From the human T2T-CHM13v2.0 reference genome, Homo sapiens: a stretch of 64,000 bases of DNA. The translations under genes and the position numbers were made by a program. Shown here one piece after another: positions 45,151 through 58,959 of the stretch; the stretch's first letter is position 1, and the number at the start of each line of letters is the position of its first letter. The stretch lies in assembly GCF_009914755.1 (NCBI RefSeq), contig NC_060937.1; one strand, given 5' to 3'. The notes beneath the pieces were generated by a model. The model did no database searches. It saw only the letters and a program-made list of their open reading frames with translations, and was not told the DNA's origin.

Positions 45151-45369
45151 ATTAAATACCTCTTTCTATGCAAAAAACTCTGTAAAACCAACAAAAAACA
45201 GTGTACATGCACATCTAGCTCCAATAATCTACCATCCTCTCCTTCATTTCAAATTACACTGGCTATATATAAACCACATTGCAATTGAGAGCGGAAATCT
45301 ATCAACTGATTTGTTCTTATTTTAATAGAATATTTCAATTTGACTCTATAAAGAAAAATATATACTTTG

Positions 45370-45520
45370 TGTAGTGTGAAGACTCTGCGACATGAAGTCA
45401 AATTGACTTTAGCTGGAGTCACAGATAAGCCATTTCAGATTTGTGATTGCAGGCAATTTCTCAGAATAATCTATTCTTACTTTGTTTATCTGTAAAAAGT
45501 AGGAGAGTAATAATCAACTT
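45370..45520 (+). mobile_element. MIR fragment
   Basis: TTTGTTTATCTGTAAAAAGTAGGAGAGTAATAATC core-like segment. Confidence 0.45.
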
Positions 45521-47504
45521 GAAGAAGTAAGTCATGAGCATGAGTCCACTTGTGTGAGTGTGTAGAGTCTGTATGTTATATAATAGCTAATTGTTTCCTA
45601 AAGTATAGGCTGTGGAACTCCTATCTAAGAAGCTACAGATGCACAAGGAATCTGGATTTTTTAGGACACTACAGTCAATTATTTTTATTGATTATATTGC
45701 ATGGCATAATGTTCAGCATTTGGGCAATGGGCAAACTAAAAGCCCAGACTTCACCTCTAGCTAATATATCTGTGCAACAAAACTGCACTTGTACGTCTAT
45801 AACAAGAAAACAGAAAAAAATGGTTGCTGTTGTATTTATTCTTCTTGCTTTAAAATTGATTTGATATCACACAACTGACATTAGATTAAAAAGTGCTTAG
45901 ATTTATGTGATGTAGGTGGCGTAGATATAGATAGCTACAGCTATACATTTAGATGTAGATATAAATTGTTGGTTTATTACCATTAAGCGAAACCAGCATA
46001 GTAGCTTAATTTTACACTTAAATATTGGTCATACATTTATATGTTGATTTTAATTATATTCCTTTCAATAAGTAGCAAATAAAGAATGCTAATCACACAA
46101 ACATTAAATAATAATGTTGCAATTTAATGATCACAATCTATACAGTATTATGCAAAACTAGAAATCTGTCCATCAGAGAAAAAAAAGAAAGAAAATGATA
46201 AATCATATTGACAATTCTTTTATATATTGTTTCTTTTCTTAAAGGCTTCTCATAGTATATCAGTTTAAAAATAAGAATATATGAACAATTCGCATAGTTG
46301 CATAATCTGTCAAATTTAGTGCATATATTAAAAAATTTTAGAATTGAAACTATGTCATTAACAATAAACTCATATAAACATACACAAGAAAACAGATGAT
46401 AGAATTTGAGTAACGTGAGGATAAATGGTTATCTGCATTGTAGTTGTCAGTATTACCTTATAAATCTAAAATAAATTATAATGTCAATAATGAGAATTAT
46501 TTTAAAATATAGTTAAACAAGTGAAAAGGAAAGGTACTTTCTCTGCATTGCCTATACAGAGGACAAGGAGAAAATTCAGGCTGTTTTTTTTAAAAAAATG
46601 AAGATAAAGTTAGAAGTATAAAAAATAGTAAAGAGAATGAGGAGTTGTAACAGATATCTTCCTGGGTCAAATTTACTGTGCCATTTTCTTTAACTTAGCA
46701 AATATAATTTTATTCATTTCATTAAGAAATTTTTTGGCTTTAATTTTTATTTTTACTTTGTTTCCAGGGCTTTAAGTGATGAGTAAATCTTCTCACTCCA
46801 TATACATTTCATTAGATCCTCCTACACTGGAGCTCCAAAAGTTATCTTTAAAAAGAGTATGCACTAACTATTTTGTAACGTCTCATGCACTTTTATGTAG
46901 TTTTTTTAGTTGTGTTAATGTATTTACATATATACTTTGACACTTAATAAATAAAAATGAGAGCCAAGGTCAAACCAACCCCCTCGTTCTGATGATGGAC
47001 CAGAACTCCAAGATGTAAATGGATTCCTTAAAAGTCTAATTGCTAATAGGTAGCAAATAAGTACTAAAGCACATTCTTTTCACTTAGACCATTTATTTTT
47101 GCATTGGGAGTATATTTTATTAATATTAAACCTAGAGCTCATAGGGCAACATAATCCTGAGCCAAAAAAAACTATTTAAAAATTCTAGTGAAACACATGC
47201 TGAAAAAATTAGTCTTGGGAAATAAATACAATCATATCACTTGCAAGGATGAATTTAAATTTTCACTTTGAATTTACTTTCTATAAACTGAGAGAGTGAA
47301 TAATTAACTATTAAGATTTTTCTGACCCCAAAATTATTACAGGGAATTTTTAAATGAATACAAATACTATACGAAGGAGTTAATGGATACAAATACAATA
47401 CAAATGAATACAATACTCCTCTCTCATTTGACACATTTGACCTCTAGTTCTTTCTTAGAAAGCTACCCAGTTGTCAGACAGTATAATCTCAGGCCTAATA
47501 CACA

Positions 47505-47552
47505 GATACACACACACACACGCACACACACACGCACGCACACACACACACA
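47505..47552. repeat. (CA)n microsatellite with CG interruptions
   Basis: Directly visible. Confidence 0.92.
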
Positions 47553-50500
47553 GCCTGCCAATGAGGTTTCTTTTTGCTAAACAATTGTCATACACCCTAC
47601 TTTTCCATGGAGAAAGTAGCACTGCACCGTTAAAAAGAAGGAAAAAAAACTAATTTTGATTTTCACCTGATTTGTGAGACAAGGTAAGAAATGTTATATA
47701 TTATTTTCTCTGTGTGTTATGTAGTTAATTAGATCACTCTTCCTCTACCTCTGAACACTAAGGTTATAATTACAAATAATTACTGATTTATTCCCACTAT
47801 TGATGGTACTTTGAATTTAGATGAGCTTTAAAGTCATCCTCCCAGATTTATAGTTACTGGAGAATAAAAATTACAGTGCCTGACAAAGCTAGACAAAAAT
47901 GAAGGAGCAAAGACCACGTGGAAAGCAGAATTTATTTCAACAAATTATAAAATAAGTTATACACACACTCACTCATTCAAGCACACACTCAAACATACAT
48001 AAAAGTCATAAATCTCTAGACTCTGAAACTATCATACATATACTTCCTAACCAAGGGAAACTGCTGACTTTTAAATCATAAATAGTATGACTGGCAGAGG
48101 TAGCATCAGAAGACTTTTCTTAAGTAGTAAAGGCCAGCGGTTATTAGAATCAACAGAATCTTCATAACTTTTTAAAACAAAGAGATCACAACTTAATATG
48201 TTTTTAAGGACAATGGGGTAGTTAATTTTATTCTGGCAATGCTAAACAGAGGTATTGAAACAGATGGCTCAGTGAGATTGAGGAATATTTTTGAATCAAA
48301 ATATTTAAAATGCCTACAGACAAAAAGAGTTCATTTTTTAAATTGCAGCATTACATATTTTCTTTTGCAAAGGAATAGTGTAAACTCTGCTGCTCCTCCA
48401 TCCTTCTTATTGTTCTTTTCTTATTCTCAAAGACAATGTGTAGAAAGAGATATAATTCCCAGGTTTCAGATTGAGTTCCATTACCACCTATTGTGGATTT
48501 GTCTAAAGAGCTCTTGAAAATATAATAGCAAATTTTACATGCAAATTTTGGGCAATTGCAAGAAGGAGAAGAAATAATGTCTCAAAAGTATAAATAAAAT
48601 TATAATTACATTTATTATGTAACATTTAAGACACAAACTAGGTACAAACCGTCTATCTTTGTATCCAACTCCTAACTTAAAAATGTTAGAAGTAGAGTTA
48701 GAATTCTCTACTTTTCAGCAGATAACTAGTATCAGTATTCTGTGATTTGTCAATCTCATATGGGCTTTTATACTGTTGTTATATATTTATCTATCCTTTG
48801 GCAATGTCTAGCATTTTTTGCATATGGTAACATATCAGTGGCATTGTACTACATATTCCTGTTACTTCCCTCTCCTTCTGCTAGAGAAAGGCATGGTCAG
48901 GTCACCCACATTTCATATCAAAAGTATTCATTCTTGTATTTTATATTTCTGTTCTGTAAATTGAATTTTTCCACAGAAATAATTGCTTATTTCTTTACCT
49001 TGAAAAATAAATGTATGGCATTGAAAATAAGGAGAGCTCTTCACCTTCAATGACATTCAATGATAGAAAAATAAAAAATCATTTTACATTTTAATGATGT
49101 ACAAATGTATATTTTATGTTAATGCAGTAAAGACTAAATTAAACTATATGAAAGAGAGTCTATTGTAGGCTCCAAGGAGCCCCATAAGGAGGACTTCAAC
49201 ACATTGCTTTTCAGTAGAAAAGGCTTATTTGGTGGGTAGAATGGCAAGGCCATGTCAACTTCAGAACCATACAGACTTTAATCAGTATTTAATTACAGAG
49301 TTTGAAACAGGTTCTTGCACCAGGGACTAAAAAGATTCCACTATCTTAAGAAGTAAGTATCAACAGTTTTTTTCCTGTTGGGATGCTATGGCAACAAATA
49401 TTCCTAATTCTGGCCTGGAGTTCCAGGTATTAATTCAAGGTTAGGAAGAATGCAGCAAGCTACTTCTAAAGTAAAGAGCCAGTAAGGACTGGATCTAATA
49501 ATTCAAGCAATTATTAGAACTGGCTTGATAAATGAACTCATACATAGAGCAACAATTGAACATATGTTGGGTGATAACATCAATATTCTTTAATGTTGGA
49601 AGCTTCATAAAAGAGAGAGGCATACATATCAGTAATACGTATGCAAATGTACATGATTTACTGGTGGTACTCAAAACAAAAGAAATGCCAATTCCTACAT
49701 TTTATGAATTGATGTTGAGAAGAGATTAATAATATTCAATGGCAAACTTCTCATATCATGTCACAAATTCATCAAGTGAAGCCCTCCTGGTGGTACAATC
49801 AGTGCCCCATCTGTGGTTGTTTTCATATACTTTGTAACTATCAAGAGGGGCAAAGATAAATGCTTTCATATTGTAATACAAATATACATCCATACATATA
49901 TATGCACATACACATGTATTTGTGTCAATGAGGGAGAGAGAGACACTCAGAGAAAGCACTGGGGGGAATGTGTATAGTAGGCCAAATGGGTGCCCAAATA
50001 AGTATATGCCTGTATATGTATTTGGGCTGGCATACCTTTGATTAATATTTACTAATTAATAATCAATACTAAAATTACTCTTTTTAAATGTCATAGTATT
50101 AGCTTTAAATTTATTTTTTATGGAGTGTTAATGATATAAAAATTTAAATTTAAATAAATTAATTTAAAGAAATAAAAATCAGTCCTAAAGTTCTGAAAAT
50201 AAATAAAGCCAAAAGTATTTCCTAATATTATTGTTTGAATTTTATTCAAGCTTTTATCAATAATAAAAACTTTATGATTAGAAATAACACTTTATACATG
50301 AAAGTTTGTATAAATTGCATTGCTATGCCCCATTTTTCCAAAAGGTATTTTACAAAATAAACTTTTCTAATTATAGAAAGCATTAACTTCTTAAACTTTA
50401 ATCATCTTTCTTTTTACTCATCTAAGTGCAAATCTCAAAATTCTTTTACACTTTTGCTCCAAATATTTTTACAAGATCTCCCTCTTCTGGCCACAACAGT

Positions 50501-53500
50501 TATTTCATTTCTTTTTATCAACAATAGTTTTAAAATCTGCTGTAAAGTTAAGGCAAAGCTAATTTTTACCAATCTGGCATCAAAGAGATAAATAGACGTG
50601 CACTCTTTAAAAATGAAAAACAGGAAGCTCTTTTCAATATCTCTAATACACATACTGTTCTATTAAAGTCTGTTTATCTAATTTCATTTAAGTTTTCTGC
50701 CTCACTGATAGTCTGAGGATTCATATGCCAAGCTTGGTAATAAGTTAATAAATGAATTGAATGCTTGAGGTGTTCCAGATGGACTTAAATTGCAAATGCT
50801 GTCATTCACAAAAGAGACTGAGCTCATACAGCTGGAATGCAAACTTCCAAATGCAGACTTACCTATGCGCCTTAAGATACAATAAAAGTAAGAAGCAGGC
50901 TCCATTAAATGCCTTTTCAGAACTTAACTTTTCCCTCAAGTTTGCAAAGCTGGTTGAAAACAATAAACCATATGTGAGAAATATTCATAAATGAAGGGCA
51001 ATAAACACTGACCATGCAACTTGCACAAAAATAACATACTGAAAACCGTTTAAAGCTATGCGCTTGTGGCACTATCACATACTTATTTGCCAGTTTTGAT
51101 CATTATTTAATTTTATAGAATTTAAGAGAAGCTTGCATGGAAAGTTTTGTGGGCACTATTATTCTTAAAGAGCATATTGTATTGGTGCTTTAGAACTCCC
51201 AGTAATTATTACTGATAGGTTTTTCCATTTCTTCCTGAGGAGGTTTTTCCATTTCTTCAAGAAATATTTACAATGCAATGACAATCTAAAACAAACACAA
51301 CAGAATTAGTACCCAAAAATGTATGGTAAGACACTAAGCTTGGGTTACATTAACAGGTTTCAGTAAATTATACTCAATTTGATTTTGCACGTATGTTCAG
51401 TTTTCAAAAGAGAGGGTTTATAGCTTTCATCAGATGCTCAAAGATATCAGTGACCCCCAAATTTAAGGGCAATTGAATGAGATAAGCAAATAATTACAAA
51501 TTATATAATATTTGATATTTTAAAACACTAGCATGAACAAATGACTATAGTAGTAACTAACTCTACATAAGAGAATCAAGGAAAGTTCCCAAGAAATGGT
51601 AACATATGCTCTGAATTTTGAATCTGAAGAAGTTTATCAGGAATACAAGAAAGAAAAAAGGGTTCAGAATATCTCTACTATAGATGTAAAAGCAATGTTG
51701 ACTAGTATAGTTTGACGTAGTCATTGAACAAAATGTTCTTTGGTGGGATTAAACTAAAAATGCACATGATGAACTTTATTGCATTCATTTCTGTATTTCT
51801 TACATCTAGAAAGTACTTATTACATAGTACAGATATATATAGATATTTACTAAAAAGTGTGAATAGATTTAAATAATAGGATAGCAAAAGGTAATGAAAG
51901 TTCTTGAAGGCTTCAATGATAATTTTGGCCTCTATCCATTTCTATCCAATAATTAGTATAGCCAGTGGTGGTGTGTTGGCCTTTGTTTTGTTTTATTATT
52001 GTTGCATTTTTAGTAGAAGTATATCATCAGTTGTATGCTTTATGCTGAGAATGATGTAAACTATTTATAAGACAGTGAAGATACTGGATTCTAGGAAAGT
52101 AAAGATAAGGCATCAGTTAAAACATCAGTAGGTTTGGGAGAGACAATAAAAATAAAATGAATTTTTCAAGTATTCTGGAAAAAGAAATTCGAAGCTTAGA
52201 TAATTAAGTAAAAAAATGAATGAGAAATGGAGAGGTTGAGAATGAGTTACAGTTTTTTTTTAACTTGGATATTTAGATGTCTGTGTAAATGGCGATACTA
52301 TTATTCACAATTTTGAAAAATGAAAACCAAATTAAAAAAATGGAGATATGTTTAGGGTAGTGACAAGGAAAATACAGTCAATGTTGTGGTATTATGGGTA
52401 TGTAAGTGAAGAAGAGCAAATGAATTGTTAAAAATATGCAAAACATTTTAGAAATGTTTAGTAATGGGACTGAGTTTGGAGAATGTATATGATATAACTA
52501 CAATCTTAAGTATGGCAGATTATTAACATGACACTGAATGTTGGTTGATAAATACAGCCAAGACTTCTAGCATCAGCTATTGTTACACGAGTTGAATCTA
52601 GAGTTTTAACCTCATATTACATATATAACAATAGATGACAGGAGAGATCACATAGGGTTCATTCTGTTACGTGTTTTCTGAGGTTTTAGGAAGATGTGTG
52701 CTTTTAGAATATCTCCATTCAATTATTAACATTGTTTATAAAAATGCAGATCATAATGGGTCAAATAGCAAATGCAACTTTCTATTTGGAATGCATGACA
52801 TAATTTTCATATGTTTTCTCATATAAGGGATAAATCATTCTGATGATTCTGTGCCACAGATTTTTCATCTAGATTTTTATCTAATGACAGGTTAAATGAG
52901 AAGAGTTAAGGAAATGAGAAATGTAAACCACAGAGTGTAGTGTGTGGCATATAATTTTATGTATAATCTAGACAACTCTTCACAACTTTAAGTACATGTT
53001 GACATATTTACATTATATATATATACACACATTTATTTAATCAGTTATAAAATTGTTCCTGTTTTTTAAAATAGCAAATACTTTGGTGTTTTTTTTTCTG
53101 TGAATCATCTGAACTGTTAAATTATTAGTTTACTGAAAAAAACATATTAGAACATGATAAACTGACCATACCTGAAAAAAATAAGTAAGAGGTGATAATT
53201 GAGTCCACTTTTGCCTCATTGTGAATACACTGAACATGTTTATTTGACTTTCTATAGAGAAACCAATATTTATGCCTCATGCTGACATGGTCAAGTCAGC
53301 AATGACTTGGGTTATTCGGATTTTGGAGTAACGTTAATAATTTATTTCTCTGCAATCGATCAAATTAACTACACTGCATTTCAAAAAGCCAAAAATAACT
53401 GAAATTTGTTCATTTTCATTATGTGGCTTCCATGCAAAATTGATCATTCTGTTGAAACAGCTGGACACAGGAAGGTTGACTGAGCAGAGTAGAGCTACAT

Positions 53501-54124
53501 TAATCCCAATAATAACTACTTAGAACTCTTGAGCAGGGATTGATTTGGGGAGAAAACAAAGAAAAGTATGTTTCTGAAAGACACCTAATTTCATTCTCTT
53601 CCAAAATGCAGACATATGCAGAGTATGATATAGTAAAAGACACTAAACTGCTATTTCTCAGTGACTCACTACACCAGTTGGTCACAAACAGCAAATATAG
53701 GACATTCCTCCAGCCCCATTTCCAAGTGTCAGTATCTTACCTGCCCCACCACCTCCCTTAGATTTAGGTCCTTATTCCATACCAAGCAAAGCCCACTTGT
53801 TTCAAACAACCATCCCCCTTGGCATAAAAAGGAAGTTTTTGTCATTCATGTGTCTTTTCTGTTGCACTCTTCTTTATGGCTGTTGTTTATCTGCTTGTCA
53901 CCTGACATCTCTCTGTAATTCCACAGCCTTGCACTCACAGTAGTTATGACACTTAGTTTGCTTTTCATCCTGACCATAAGGGATTGAGAGGATTCAAATA
54001 TTAATAGTTCTACTCTAATAAGGCATTATCAATATCTAAGCAGCTCTTGTCTATCAACTTTGAATCATTGCAATGAAACTCTCAACAAAGGGGATTCTGG
54101 AAATTTGTGCTTATAGGATAATAA

Positions 54125-54471
<347 letters not shown>

Positions 54472-55446
54472 AAAAAATGCTTTAATTTTCAATGTTAGTT
54501 TGCTGGCAGGGAACTACCCTTGAAGGCCTAAAACAAGTATTCCTCAAATAACCACTTTACTGTAAGATATTGATAGACAATTTAACTTGAGTAAGCCCCA
54601 ATTATCTTGGATAAAGAAAGATTACTTACAGGGAGAATACTGACTTTGTAAAATATATCTGGGAATGATTGCATTGGTACTGATATTAATCTTTAAACAA
54701 TAGCCAAATATTCTATGTAGCTATACAAATAAATAGCTCATTAAAACAGATATTAAATCTGGAAGCTCCAAATTATGTGAATTATTTCAGATTACTACTT
54801 CTTCAAATAAGAAAACTATATCATATTCTTTTCTAAAATGACATTATCTATTTTTGTTATGTAAGTGACCTATATTTAATGGCCAAATAGGTTTTATATA
54901 TAAATATGCTTCATTTCTGCAAATATACATTATGTTAAAAAAAGTTCCAACTAAGATTATTTCCACATATCATTGGACATAATATCAATATCTCCAAACT
55001 TAACAAGTATCTAGGGAAAGAATTAGAATAAAAATTGGCATGATATTTTTACTAGTTAATTCTAGGGACCTTGGTATTAGTCTAGAAATAATCAGCTTCT
55101 AACTATCCACACATAAATAATATCAAAAAGCAGACTAAGTTTAATCTCTTGGTGTATAACTTTTTTCCTAAGTCTTTTTGTTTTAGGGATTCAGCCTTTC
55201 CTTATATCTCTGTTAATACTTATTTTCCTTTTATTATTTTTGATATTCCATCTAAAGGAGCATTGAAAATAACTTCTAGAAGGATTTGAAAGTAATCATT
55301 GGGTAACACTAGTGTATATTTAATAATACTAATACTAATAATGTATAACAGTGCTTCAAGCTAGTGCTTATAGTTTAAACTCCTCAAAGATAAATGAATA
55401 ACCCCAAATTCCCTATATGTCAAGCAGTTTCTTCAGTATATATACA

Positions 55447-55502
55447 TATGTTCCATTTTTTGACCTAGATTTGCTATGTTCCATTTTTTGACCTAGATCT
55501 GC
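55447..55502. repeat. 28-bp tandem duplication
   Basis: TATGTTCCATTTTTTGACCTAGAT[T/C]TGC x2. Confidence 0.95.
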
Positions 55503-56420
55503 TATTTATGAGCCAAGGATCTTAAGTTTTTAAATTTATTTGAATATTTGTTTGATACTCATATTTAGAATGAACTTAAGAATAGCTAACATAGCAGACA
55601 GTAGCAAGAGTTAAGAAAATAATAATAATAAGGTACATAAATCCCAGTGCACCTCACTTATTATGTACTGAGTATTCAGTAAGAATGAATTCCCTTCCCA
55701 CTCATCTATTTGTATACATCTGCTGTTCCAATCTTACGATAGCCCTAATGAGAGCATAGACTATTTCGTGTTCCATGCACAAGAACTTTCAGTAACTCAT
55801 GGTTTTATTAATAGCCTCAGTCATATACCCAAATCTCCACACAATCTTGTTAGTTTTTAAATAGAAAAAATCCTGTGTATAAATTTAGTATATAGACTAA
55901 TTAATACAGATATTTTAGGGACTACCATACTGTCCTAGATATTCCAAACATCTCTCTAGGTATACATACCATAAATTTATATGCATGAATCTCAATTTAT
56001 TGTGCTTCTCTTCACTACACTAGGCAGATTTGGGATATTTTATAAATTGAAGGTTTGTGGCAACCTTGCATCAAGCAAGTCTATCAGTGCCATTTTTCCA
56101 ACATCACATGCTCACTTCATATCTTTGTGTCGTATTTTGGTAATTCTTGCAATATTTTATTTTTTTAGCATTATTATATATGTCATGGTTATCTGTGATA
56201 AGTGCTTTTTGATGTTACTATTTGTTTTGGGGCACCACAAACCATGACCATATAAAACAGAGATCTTAATCAATAAACATTGTGTGTGTTTTTACTGCAC
56301 CACTAACCAGTCATTCCCTCATCTCTCTCCCTCTCCTTGGGCATCTATATTCCCTGAGACACAACAATACTGAAATTAGGCCAAGTAATAACCCTACAAT
56401 CACCTTTAAGTTTTACAATG

Positions 56421-56889
56421 TGTTGACTTAAAGACAAAAATAAAGGCAAAATTAATATAAGTGGATAGTTTACTTGAGCCAAATATAAGGACTACAACCT
56501 GAGAAACACAGATTCAAGTTGCCTTAAATATGTTCTATTAGTAGCAGTTACAAGTGGGTTTTTAAAGGAAAAAAGAAGGGGTAGTTCTTTTGAACATAAA
56601 TATTGATTGGCTGTACATTGTTCTTTGCATCACAAATTCCAAAAACATGAAGATAATGAATGAGAATCACATTGTGCAACTTGTGATAGCATTTGAGGTA
56701 ATTTACCAGCTAGTCTGGAAACTACGGAGAAGGAAAGAAAACAAAATGCATTTAAACAATTGTTCCCAGATACGGGTATGCGTGTGAAGGAGGATTGTGA
56801 CTGAAGATTCATTCTCGTATCTCTCTGAGTCTGATAAATCTTGCATACCTCACATTCTGCAGACTGCTCTGAACTACTTTTCTTTCTTA
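56421..56889 (-). mobile_element. MER4-group ERV1 solo LTR (MER67-like) inserted in Tigger1
   Basis: TGTTGA.. start; ends GCATACCTCACA..CAGACTGCTCTGA..TCTTA; 4-bp TSD A[A/G]TG; Tigger1 is collinear on both sides. Confidence 0.7.
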
Positions 56890-57714
56890 AGTGCAAGAGT
56901 CATGTGTCTCTCGTTTTAAATAAAAAGCTGGAAATGATTAAGCTTAGTGAAGAAGGCATTTTGAAAACCAAGATAGGCTGAAAACTAAGTTAAACAAGTT
57001 GTGAATGCAAAGAAAAAGTTCATAGAGGAAATTAATAGTGTTACTCCAGTGAATAAATAAATGACAAGAAAGCAAAACAGCCTTATTGCTAATATGGAGA
57101 AAGCTTTAGTGGTCTGCATGGAAGCTCAAACCAGCCACAACATTCCCTTAAGCCAAAGCCCACTGCAGAGCAAGGCCCTAGCTCTCTTCAATTATGTGAA
57201 AGCTGAGAGAGGTGGTAAAGCTGCAGAATAGAAGTTTAAAGCTAGAATAGGTTGGTTCATGAGGTTTAAGGAAATAAACCATCTCTATAAGTAGAAGGTG
57301 AAACAGCAAGTGCTGATGGAGAAGCTACAGCAAGCTTTGCAGAAGATCTAGCTAAGATAATTGATAATGATAGCTACATTAAAGAACAAATTTTCAATGT
57401 AGACAAAATAGCCTTCTATTAAAGGAAGATACCTTCTAAGATTTTCATATCTGGAGAGACAAGTCAATGCCTGACTTCAAAGCTTCAAAGGACAGCTGAC
57501 TTTCTTGTTAGGGGTTAACGCAGCTGTTAACTTTAAGTTGAAGCCAATGATCACCAACCATTCCAAAAACCCTAGAGCCCATAAGCAGTATGCTAACTCT
57601 ACTCTACCTGTGCTCTATAAATAGAACAACAAATCCTGGATGACAGCACATGTGTTTACAGCATAGTTTACCAAATATTTTAAGCCCACTGTTTACATTT
57701 ACTGAAAAAAAAAA

Positions 57715-57798
57715 GTTACTGCTCAATGGTAATATACCTTGTCCTCCAAGAACTCTGTTACTGCTCAATGGCAATGTACCTTGTCCTCCAAGAACTCT
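57715..57798. repeat. 42-bp tandem duplication inside the Tigger1 transposase
   Basis: GTTACTGCTCAATGG[T/C]AAT[A/G]TACCTTGTCCTCCAAGAACTCT x2. Confidence 0.95.
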
Positions 57799-58959
57799 GA
57801 TGGAAATGTACAAGATTAATGTTGCTTTCATGCCTGGCAACACAATATCCATTCTTCAGCCCATGAATCAAAAAGTAATTTTGACTTTCAAGTATTATTG
57901 TTTAATAAATATATTTTGAAAGGTGATAGAAGCCATTGATAGAAATTCCTCTGATGGATCTTGGCAAAGTAAATGGAAAACCTTCTGGAAAAGATGCAAC
58001 AAGAACTTTTGTGATTCATGGGAAGAGATCAAAATATCAGTACTAACAGGAGTTTAGAAGAAGTTGATTTAACCTTCATGGATGACTTTGAGGGGTTTAA
58101 GACTTCAATTGACGAAGTAACTGCAGATGTAGTAGAAATAGCAAGAAAACTAAAACTATAAGTACAGCCTGAAGATGTGACTGAATTCCTGCAATCTCAT
58201 AATAAAACTTTTAAAAATGAGGAGTTGCTTTTTATGGATGAGAAAATAATGTTGTTTCTTGAGATGAAATCTATTCCTGGTCAAGATGCTGTTACTATTT
58301 TTAAAATGACAACAAAGGATATAGACTATTATACAAAAACACTTGATAAAGCATCTGCAGGGTTTGAGAGGATTTATTCCTATTTTGAACGTTCTACTAT
58401 GGGTAAAATACCATCAAATAGTGTCACATGCTATGGAGAAATATATCATGAAAGAAAGAGTCAATCAATGTGGCAAACTTCATTATTGTGTTATTTTAAA
58501 AATTTGCAACAGCCAACCCAACCTTCACCAATGAACACCATGATCAGTTAACTGCCATCAACATCAAGGCAAGACCACAAAAAGATGACTCACATAAGGC
58601 TCAGGTGATTTTTAGTATTTGTAGCAATAAAGTATTTGTAAATTAAGGTATTTATATGATTTATTTTGGACATAACGCTATCACACATACAGACTACAGT
58701 ATAGTATAAACATAACTTATTTGTACTGGGAAATCAAAAAAATTTATGTGACTGTTTTTTTTGTGATTTTTACATTATTGCAGAAGTCTGGAACTGAATT
58801 CTCATTGTCTCTGAGATATGCCTGTGCCATCACTAAGGTGAATTCATTGGGTTAAGGTATTTTCTCTAAACATTTTCTGAAATCATATTTTTTTTTTTTG
58901 CAACTCAGAGATAAACTAGGCAATGATGAATCTGTTTTTTCATACATTAACATTATAAA

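Larger units (their letters stand above)
55980..58824 (+). mobile_element. Near full-length Tigger1 (pogo-like TcMar DNA transposon), decayed transposase
   Basis: AAATTGAAGGTTTGTGGCAACC near the 5' end; right end GAGATATGCCTG; transposase fragments [15 protein letters not shown] and TEFLQSHNKT. Confidence 0.9.

Noticed and set aside
47350-47420. AATGAATACAAATAC repeats as a motif array
   Set aside because: Short, degenerate, AT-rich; consistent with slippage.
49992-50027. Hairpin GCCCAAATA...TATTTGGGC as a pre-miRNA
   Set aside because: Only 9 perfect bp plus weak AT pairing; too short for a Drosha substrate.
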